Origin: Anaerolineae bacterium
GTDB taxonomy: Bacteria > Chloroflexota > Anaerolineae > Aggregatilineales > Phototrophicaceae
DNA: 64,000 nucleotides
Reading direction: 5' to 3'
Assembly: GCA_034437515.1 (NCBI GenBank)
Contig: DAOTTX010000245.1
Coordinates: 2,753-66,752, forward strand
The translations under genes were made by a program, and so were the position numbers. The notes under the pieces were generated by a model. It saw only the letters and a program-made list of their open reading frames with translations, was not told the DNA's origin and did not search any database. The first letter of the stretch is position 1. Every line of letters begins with the position of its first letter. Of the stretch, positions 57,216 to 64,000 are shown one piece after another.

Positions 57216-57357
57216 ACCCTCCCCGATTCGCTGTGCAACTGTGTCGCACCGCTACGGGGAGGGTGCTGTTCAAGCACACCGCGTTGTTACCTCCCCCGCA
57301 GCATCCCGATGCAATCGGAAGCGCATCGGGGGAGGTGGCACGATCCGCAGGATCGTG
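57216..57357. other. cluster of three GC-rich hairpins in the mrpG/GT4 convergent spacer
   Basis: Hairpin A 57216-57264 (accctccccg/cggggagggt). Hairpin B 57289-57336 (acctcccccg/cgggggaggt). Hairpin C 57339-57357 (cacgatcc/ggatcgtg). Confidence 0.6.
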
Positions 57358-57367
57358 ACGGAGGGGG

Positions 57368-58486
57368 TCAAAGGCTGAACGAGTTATCGTCAAGGTCGAG
57401 CATCGTTCGGTAGACGCGCACGGTCTCGGCTGCGACCCGCTGATGGGTGAAGTGGTCGAGAACGCGCTGCCGGCCCTGCCGTGCCAATCGCTGCCGCAGT
57501 TGATGGTCGTCTAGCAGGCGTTTGAGTGTCGCCGCCAGTGCATCGACGTCGTTTTCCGGCACGATTATGCCCCCATCGCCGACCACATCGGGGATCGCGC
57601 CGCTATCCGACCCGACGACCGGCACACCACTCGCCATCGCTTCTACCAGCACACGCCCGAATTGTTCTTTCCAGTTGGGGCGCGTCAGCGAGGGCAACAC
57701 CATCACATCCAGTTGATGATAATACGGCGGCATCTCAACCGAGTTGACCCACGCGGTAAACGTGACCCGTTCGTGGACGTTGTGGTGCTGCGCCAATCTT
57801 TCGAGATCGTCACGCAACGGGCCACTGCCGAGAAAGTGCAGGTGCGGCTCCCCTGGCAGACGGGCGAACGCTTCCACCAACAGCTTGACACCTTTTTCTT
57901 CCACCAGCCGACCAATATACCCGAACGTGAACGGGCGCTGTGGTTCGGTTTCCGCCGGATAGAACAGGTCGGGATCGGTGCCGAACTGCGGAATCGTGGT
58001 CATCGGGCCGTCGTAGCCCTTCTCCCGCCAGATGTCCCCGGCGCTCTCCGTGCCGACCAGCGCGTAATCAACATTATCAAGCATCCAGCCTTCGCCCCAT
58101 CCAAACGGCGGCGGATAACGCCGGTTGAGATTTTGCCAGCTAAAGAACAGCGTGCTGGCCTCGGCTTTGCGGGCGTGGTACATGGCCTGCCAGGCGGCGA
58201 GGTTGTAGGGTTCTTCGTCGATGTGGACGATATGGGGTTGGAACTCACGCAGCACGCGCCCCAGCCCGGCGTAAAAATGCAGATGAAAGTTCCCGTTGAA
58301 GCGTATCGGCAGTGTTTCCAGCCGGTAACCTTCGGTGTAAGCACGTTCCAGAGGTGTTTCGCCGCGCTCGTCCTTCCACGAAGGCGGGACGACGCACAAC
58401 AGATCGACGTTCTGCTGTGCGATGTATTCCAGTTTGCGCTGGTAAATGCCCACAATGCAGGCCTTCGAGATCATCAGCACACGCAT
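57368..58486 (-). CDS. glycosyltransferase family 4 (GT-B)
   Basis: MRVLMISKA start. E-x7-E region FGRVLVEAMASGVPVVGSDSGAIPDVV. Confidence 0.8.
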   Translation of the reverse strand: MRVLMISKACIVGIYQRKLEYIAQQNVDLLCVVPPSWKDERGETPLERAYTEGYRLETLPIRFNGNFHLHFYAGLGRVLREFQPHIVHIDEEPYNLAAWQAMYHARKAEASTLFFSWQNLNRRYPPPFGWGEGWMLDNVDYALVGTESAGDIWREKGYDGPMTTIPQFGTDPDLFYPAETEPQRPFTFGYIGRLVEEKGVKLLVEAFARLPGEPHLHFLGSGPLRDDLERLAQHHNVHERVTFTAWVNSVEMPPYYHQLDVMVLPSLTRPNWKEQFGRVLVEAMASGVPVVGSDSGAIPDVVGDGGIIVPENDVDALAATLKRLLDDHQLRQRLARQGRQRVLDHFTHQRVAAETVRVYRTMLDLDDNSFSL

Positions 58487-58496
58487 AAGGCGCTGC

Positions 58497-59885
58497 TTAT
58501 TCCTTCTCGTAAGGCTGACCGATTGCCCTCGGTGCGATGGCACGCCCGACCAACCCGGCGAGGATGACCATCGTAACGATGTAAGGCGTCATCTGGACGA
58601 ACTGCACCGGCACATCGACTTCGAGGATCTGGAAGCGTGTATCCAGTGCCCGCGAGAAGCCGAACAGCAACCCACCGACCGCCGCTGGTAGCGGTCGCCA
58701 CTTGCCGAAGATCACCGCCGCCAGCGCGATAAAGCCGAGGCCGTTGGTCATGTTGTCGTCGAACGTGCCGGATGTTTCCAACGAGAACCAGGCCCCGGCC
58801 AGCCCGGCGATCAACCCGCCGACAATCACGTTGATGTAACGATTGCGGATCACGCTGATGCCGAGCGTATCGGCGGCGTGCGGATTTTCACCGACCGCAC
58901 GAGTGCGCAACCCCCAACGGGTGAAGAACAACATCACATGCGTGATGATAATCAGCACGAACATACTGAAGAAAACCGGCTTACCGGTGAACAGTACCTC
59001 ACCCAAAATCGGAATTTCCGACAGCAGCGGGAGGCTGAAGGCTTGCAACGTCTCGCGGGAGGCGTCGGCTTCTAGCAGCACCTCACGCCGTGTAAAACTG
59101 GTCAATCCCAACGCGAGGATGTTAATCACCGTGCCGCTGATGATCTGGTCAGTCTTGAAAGTGATCGACAACCACGCATGAAGCAGCGCCATCAACCCGC
59201 CGGAGAGCGTGGCGATCAGGATGCCGAGGTAGAGGCCACTCTGACCGGGAACGGACTCCGCGACGAAGGTATACATCACGAAGCCGAAGCACGCCCCGGT
59301 CAACATCATGCCCTCGATGGCGATGTTCACCACACCGGAACGCTCACACCAGATGCCCGCCATCGCCCCGATCACAATCGGTGTGGCGAGGCGAAAACTC
59401 GACGCTAACAGCGTGACCATGTTGGTCGATTTCCCCGCTGCCGCTAGTACCATCACGGTCGGGATAATCAAGATGCCGTTGATAACCAGCAGCACAGTCT
59501 TGACCCGGTCGAACCGCTCCGGCAGGGGCAGCACACCGATGACGCCGGTGATGATATAGATGATCGCTACACCGACAGCGTAAGGGATGGTCAGGATCTC
59601 CAGCGAGAAGGAGAAATCGTCGCTTTCATCGGGGAAGTCGAGCATGGTTGTTACCTGGTCGCGCAGTGGTTCCGGCGCAAACAGTAGATCACGTACCGTG
59701 TCATCCGAACTCGGCACGGTAAAGATTGTCGCCGGGTCGATCTCGATCTGATTGGGGGAAAGCAGCAGCACACCCACCCCGGCGATGAGAAAAAACAACG
59801 AGACGATAAACGTCTGGTCGATGCTGAACAGGTCACGCCAGCTTTGTGTTTCGCCTGCTGGCGCGTCGGCGGTGATGCTTGCCAT
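58497..59885 (-). CDS. ABC transporter permease (BMP/nucleoside-sugar type, YufQ-like)
   Basis: 462 aa, polytopic. GAMAGIWCERSGVVNIAIEGMML motif. Confidence 0.8.
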   Translation of the reverse strand: MASITADAPAGETQSWRDLFSIDQTFIVSLFFLIAGVGVLLLSPNQIEIDPATIFTVPSSDDTVRDLLFAPEPLRDQVTTMLDFPDESDDFSFSLEILTIPYAVGVAIIYIITGVIGVLPLPERFDRVKTVLLVINGILIIPTVMVLAAAGKSTNMVTLLASSFRLATPIVIGAMAGIWCERSGVVNIAIEGMMLTGACFGFVMYTFVAESVPGQSGLYLGILIATLSGGLMALLHAWLSITFKTDQIISGTVINILALGLTSFTRREVLLEADASRETLQAFSLPLLSEIPILGEVLFTGKPVFFSMFVLIIITHVMLFFTRWGLRTRAVGENPHAADTLGISVIRNRYINVIVGGLIAGLAGAWFSLETSGTFDDNMTNGLGFIALAAVIFGKWRPLPAAVGGLLFGFSRALDTRFQILEVDVPVQFVQMTPYIVTMVILAGLVGRAIAPRAIGQPYEKE

Positions 59886-59888
59886 GCG

Positions 59889-62582
59889 TTACGCCCCCCA
59901 ACCTTTCGAGAATTGTGCGGCGGCTTTTTCTTCCGCCGATGCTTCGGGAATTTGCCACAGGCGACGGATGATCGCGTCTGCGGCGATGAACATGATAATC
60001 AGCGCCTGGATGATGCGCACGAGGTCAATCGAGATGTTGGCGTTGATCTGCATCAAGCCTGCGCCTGCTAGCAGGCCACCCCACAGCAACCCCGCCGGGA
60101 TCATGTAGCGCGGGTTGTTACGCGCTAGCAGCGCGACGGCGATGCTGTCAAAACCGAGGCCAGCGAAGAACTCCGGCTGCATATTATGCTGCACGCCGGA
60201 AATCTGCACGGTGCCCGCCAACCCCGCCAGCGCGCCGCTGAGTGTCATCGCAAGCACGATGTTCCACTTGACGTTCATCCCGGCGTATTTCGCCGCATCC
60301 GGGTTCGCGCCGACTGTGCGTAATTCGAAGCCAGAGGTCGTGCGATCAAGATACCAACCGACAAACCACACCGCCGCCAGCATCACCACGATACCGAGGT
60401 GTAAGTCCCCGCCAACCGTGACCCACACGAAAAAATAGGCCAACACCCCCGCCAGCAGGGCGTTCAACAGCGGCCTAAACGTAAAGGGCTTGCCTTGCTG
60501 CACTCGGCGCACGGTCAAACCAATGGCGATCAATACGGTGATGACCCCGGCGACGAACACCGTGCCGGGGAAGATCGTATCCAGCGTGGCGAAGCGGGCC
60601 GACAGATCAAGAAACGGTGTGCGCGGTGTGCTGGCGGTGGTGTCCAACAGCAGCACCGGGTCGGTCGATTTAATCAACCAATCCACCAACCGGATAGCGA
60701 TGAAGTTCAACATGATCGTGTTGATGACCTCGTGAGCGCCGGTATACGCCTTCAGCGCACCGGGGATCATACCCCAGAAGCCACCGCCGATGATCCCGGC
60801 GACCAACACCAACAACAGATGCACGACCGGGTTATAGTCCGATTCTGCGGGGAGCAGTTCCGCGACCAGTGCCCGCCCGCCGACCACCACCAGCGCCGCC
60901 AGCACAATCGCACCCAGCGCCAGCACCAGCTTTAACGGTCGCTCGGTGTTTTGCCTGCCCAGCGCCACCCCGACTAAGATCAAACCCAGGCCGATGCCGA
61001 AAAATGTCACGACTACCGGCGCGATCACGGTTGGGTCGCTGAAGCCGACCCAGGTTGCGAGGATCGACCCGGCGTAAAGCTGTCCTTCCGCGCCGATGTT
61101 AAACAGACCGGCCTTGAAACCCAACGCGACCGCTAACCCGGCGATCACATACGGGATAGCGCGGGTGAGCGTGTTTTCCAGGCTGGAAGGGAAGAACATC
61201 AATGCCTGATCGCCGAGCAGGGTATACGCTAGCTCCGGTTCGGTGACCAGCCGGTTCTGCGCGTTCTCGACCTCGATACCCTCCGGCGGGGTGACGAGCC
61301 GCTGCTGGGTGACGATGTCCGTATTGGGCGTGGTGTAATTTACCGCGACCGCCCCCGCGCCGATCAGCCCGCTTTCTACAAACAGATTTGCCAGCAGCAG
61401 CCGCTCACCACTACGATAGAACAACACCCGGTTGTTCGGTCGCCGGACGATCAACCCCGTTTCCAGCGCACGCGGATATTCTTCATCGAGCGCGGTCACG
61501 ATGTCCTGACTGGCGAGGGCGTCTTCGCCGTAGAGGTTGAGCACGAAACGCAACTGCCCCGCCAGCCGTTCGAGGTCGGTGATGCCGGCCTGCTGCAAGC
61601 TCTGCTCTACGGCGATGAGTTCACGCAGCCGCACGATGCCCGGTGAGCGCCCGGTGCCGATCTGAGCGATGGCGTCGAACGCCTGCGCATCGTCGCCGTT
61701 GGGGTCAAGTTCCAACTGGTCGATCAGCGCGAGTTGTTCGAGCGCGATAGTCAAGCGTGTGATCCCTTCGACCACATTACGATCTTCGACCAGCCGCACA
61801 TCACGGATCTTCGAGAGCAGGTAAAGCAGGTCGTCGTCGTTGTAGTCTTCTGCGAGCGGTGCGAATTCGATGATCCGCGCCCGTTGCTCGTCTTCCAACG
61901 GCGCGACCGCCCCGCCGAACCCTTCCGCGAGGCGGCGCACATCCACTGGGGATTGCTCGTTCAAAGCCAGGATCAACGGTTCGAGTTCGCGCAGACGATT
62001 TTCACCGACCTCGTTAATCACGCCGACGTATTCACCAAGCTGGTCGATGGATTCTTCATCCGGCAGCGCGGGGACGGTTTCGCCATCCGCATTGGTGATA
62101 TTCACGTCCGTATACTGGGCGATGAGCGCATCATAGAGGTTGATTTCCTCGCGTCCCAACGTGACGATGGCGTCTGTATCGCGGGAAAGACCGAGTAAAT
62201 CGCGCTGTGTCAGAGGGTCGGCGTCCGGCTGATCGTCGAAATAAGTCGCCAACGATTGCAACACATCAACGTCTTCCGCTGCGGCGACCTCGTTCACCGC
62301 CAACCCGACCGAGCCTTCCAGCAACGCGGCATAAGCCGTCCGTGCCACGTTTAGCCCTTCACCGATGTTGCCATCAGTGCGCGTGAGGATCATCAACGGG
62401 ATGGTGAGCAACAGCGCGGTGACGATTGCCAGTAAAGGCACCAGCGAGGGTGAGATGCTGCGCCACGCATTCGCAACCGGCGTTAACATAGCGGTCGGAC
62501 CACCGCCACCGTCGCCGCTGCCACGACCACCGCCTTCACCGCCACTGTCGTTTTGCTCGCGGTTTAGCGTTGCCTCAGCCAT
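59889..62582 (-). CDS. ABC transporter permease (YufP-like) carrying a ~370-aa inserted domain
   Basis: Core motif GLAVALGFKAGLFNIGAEGQLY and C-terminal TM bundle. Start at ATG 62582 (MAEATLNREQ), overlapping the ATPase stop by 8 nt. Confidence 0.75.
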   Translation of the reverse strand: MAEATLNREQNDSGGEGGGRGSGDGGGGPTAMLTPVANAWRSISPSLVPLLAIVTALLLTIPLMILTRTDGNIGEGLNVARTAYAALLEGSVGLAVNEVAAAEDVDVLQSLATYFDDQPDADPLTQRDLLGLSRDTDAIVTLGREEINLYDALIAQYTDVNITNADGETVPALPDEESIDQLGEYVGVINEVGENRLRELEPLILALNEQSPVDVRRLAEGFGGAVAPLEDEQRARIIEFAPLAEDYNDDDLLYLLSKIRDVRLVEDRNVVEGITRLTIALEQLALIDQLELDPNGDDAQAFDAIAQIGTGRSPGIVRLRELIAVEQSLQQAGITDLERLAGQLRFVLNLYGEDALASQDIVTALDEEYPRALETGLIVRRPNNRVLFYRSGERLLLANLFVESGLIGAGAVAVNYTTPNTDIVTQQRLVTPPEGIEVENAQNRLVTEPELAYTLLGDQALMFFPSSLENTLTRAIPYVIAGLAVALGFKAGLFNIGAEGQLYAGSILATWVGFSDPTVIAPVVVTFFGIGLGLILVGVALGRQNTERPLKLVLALGAIVLAALVVVGGRALVAELLPAESDYNPVVHLLLVLVAGIIGGGFWGMIPGALKAYTGAHEVINTIMLNFIAIRLVDWLIKSTDPVLLLDTTASTPRTPFLDLSARFATLDTIFPGTVFVAGVITVLIAIGLTVRRVQQGKPFTFRPLLNALLAGVLAYFFVWVTVGGDLHLGIVVMLAAVWFVGWYLDRTTSGFELRTVGANPDAAKYAGMNVKWNIVLAMTLSGALAGLAGTVQISGVQHNMQPEFFAGLGFDSIAVALLARNNPRYMIPAGLLWGGLLAGAGLMQINANISIDLVRIIQALIIMFIAADAIIRRLWQIPEASAEEKAAAQFSKGWGA

Positions 62583-64000
62583 TCTCGGACTGCTCCTGTT
62601 GTTCTTCGGATGTTTCCACACCGGGTATCTGGGCGTCATCGGTCGAGTCCGGCCCGGCGATTTCGGCGTTCATCAGCGGTTCGGGTGTGGCTTGTGGTGT
62701 GGCGTTCGCACCCGGTTGAATGCCCGCCATAAGCAGACCGATGATCTCACGGTTGGCTTCCTCGGCAGGCATCACCGCGATCACCTCCCCCGCGTACATC
62801 ACCGCGATGCGATCCGACAACGAGAGAATCTCGTCAAGTTCCGTGCTGACCAGCATCACGCCGGTGCCTTCGTCGCGCATCTGGACGATCTGCTTATGGA
62901 TGAACTCAATCGAGCCGACATCGAGGCCGCGTGTGGGCTGCGCGGCGATCAACAAGCGGCTTTGTCGGGAAAATTCACGGGCGACGACCGTCTTTTGCTG
63001 GTTGCCGCCGGAAAGCGAGTTGATGCTGGTAAAGATGCTCGGCGTCCGCACATCGTACTTATCAACCAACTCGCGAGAAGCCTCGTCAACCGCCCTGTCA
63101 TTGGTCATAATGCCGACCGCGAACGGACGGGTGTAATACGTCTGCAAACGGATGTTGTCCGTCAGCGGGAAGTTGCCGACCATGCCGTGACGATGCCGAT
63201 CTTCGGGGACGTGAGACACACCCGTCTGCGTGACCTGCCGGGGCGTCAAATCGGTAATCTCAGCGCCTTCTACGTAGATATGCCCGCGCTCGACATCGCG
63301 CAGGCTGGTAATGGCTTCGACCAATTCGGTCTGCCCGTTGCCCTGCACACCGGCGATGCCGAGGATCTCCCCGACATGCACTTCGAGTGATAAGGCACGC
63401 ACCGCCAGCAATTCGCGGTCGTCGCGGACGTGTAAATTCGTGATGCGCAGCACCGGCTGCCCAGGCTGTGCCGGCGATTTGTCCACGTTGAGCAGCACAT
63501 CGCGCCCGACCATCAACGAGGCGAGTGATTGCTGCGTCGAGGTGACCGGGTCGGCCTCCCCGACGACCTTGCCGCCGCGCAGCACCTTGATCCAATCACA
63601 GATGCGCAGCACTTCCTTGAGCTTGTGTGAGATAAAGATGATGCTCACATCCCGGTCGAGCAGGGTTTGCATCACCTCGAACAAGCCCTCGGTTTCCTGC
63701 GGGGTGAGCACGGCGGTCGGCTCATCGAGAATAAGGATTTCCGCGTTGCGATACAAGGCCTTGACGATCTCCACCCGCTGTTGGATGCCGACGGACAAAT
63801 CCTGCACCAGCGCGTCCGGGTTAACCTCTAACCCGTATTGCTTTGAGATGTCGATGATGCGCTCTCGCGCTCTGCGCCGGTCGAGAAAGGGGCCGCGTGT
63901 GTATTCCGTGCCGAGCATGATATTTTCCGTCACGGTGAGCACGGGCACCAGTTGAAAATGCTGGTGTACCATGCCGATTCCGAGTTCAATCGCGTCGTTG
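62575..64000 (-). CDS. ABC transporter ATP-binding protein, tandem-ATPase type (partial; N-terminus beyond window end)
   Basis: The frame stays open to position 64000 (..NDAIELGIGMVHQHFQLV). First-domain signature and Walker B are FISHKLKE / ILILDEPT. The second NBD has LSGGNQQK and LLIAAQPTRGLDV. Confidence 0.85.
   Translation of the reverse strand, partial: NDAIELGIGMVHQHFQLVPVLTVTENIMLGTEYTRGPFLDRRRARERIIDISKQYGLEVNPDALVQDLSVGIQQRVEIVKALYRNAEILILDEPTAVLTPQETEGLFEVMQTLLDRDVSIIFISHKLKEVLRICDWIKVLRGGKVVGEADPVTSTQQSLASLMVGRDVLLNVDKSPAQPGQPVLRITNLHVRDDRELLAVRALSLEVHVGEILGIAGVQGNGQTELVEAITSLRDVERGHIYVEGAEITDLTPRQVTQTGVSHVPEDRHRHGMVGNFPLTDNIRLQTYYTRPFAVGIMTNDRAVDEASRELVDKYDVRTPSIFTSINSLSGGNQQKTVVAREFSRQSRLLIAAQPTRGLDVGSIEFIHKQIVQMRDEGTGVMLVSTELDEILSLSDRIAVMYAGEVIAVMPAEEANREIIGLLMAGIQPGANATPQATPEPLMNAEIAGPDSTDDAQIPGVETSEEQQEQSENG

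Noticed and set aside
57662-58567. 301-aa plus-strand ORF over the GT4 gene; likewise 62365-63390 over the ABC genes, 54676-56049 over mrpD, 20964-21614 over the SpeE-like gene, and 33503-34193 over the P-type ATPase
   Set aside because: All lack recognisable motifs, are Arg/Pro/His-rich, and overlap genes with strong family signatures.
1-64000. Search for tRNA, rRNA, tmRNA and CRISPR arrays
   Set aside because: I saw no T-loop/acceptor-stem pattern (GGTTCGAATCC-like), no rRNA-like conserved blocks, and no regularly spaced direct repeats in any intergenic region. A covariance-model scan (tRNAscan-SE/Infernal) would be needed to be certain.

Overview
GC-rich bacterial chromosomal segment with short AT-rich intergenic spacers. 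I count about 55 protein-coding genes on both strands. I found no rRNA, tRNA or CRISPR array by eye. All calls come from motif recognition in the supplied translations plus my own reading of the DNA; no searches were run.

Content is mostly housekeeping and envelope/secretome:
- Core metabolism and expression: coaBC, greA, tmk, asnB, a YitJ-like homocysteine methyltransferase/MTHFR fusion.
- Transport: Amt, a P-type cation ATPase, a complete mrpA(B)CDEFG antiporter operon, LysE, and a BMP/nucleoside-type ABC importer that runs off the right edge.
- Envelope and secreted proteins: LCP, rhomboid, M28 and S8 peptidases, several secreted SH3b- and PPC-repeat proteins, a pectin-acetylesterase-like esterase, GT4.
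- Signalling: an orphan PAS histidine kinase, an orphan MCP, a stand-alone receiver domain, and an MshEN-GT2 (predicted c-di-GMP-gated) polysaccharide synthase.
- Mobile elements: only one decayed IS630-type transposase fragment.

The repertoire (LCP, many SH3b/PPC exoproteins, Mrp, PPOX/F420-type protein) fits a monoderm-like lineage such as Chloroflexota, but that is a guess.

The best candidate for something undescribed is a self-contained, translationally coupled two-gene module at 16557-17894. It pairs a small GTPase carrying Arf/Sar-type G motifs with a 208-aa partner I cannot place in any family.

Secondary leads:
- an ABC permease with a ~370-aa acidic insertion;
- a solitary HerA-like ATPase;
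- a subtilase with five Trp/Cys-rich C-terminal modules;
- a membrane-fused spermidine-synthase-like protein with an overlapping small membrane partner;
- a recurrent TTCACAA-type motif in AT-rich promoter regions;
- a cluster of CCTCCCC/GGGGAGG-armed hairpins.
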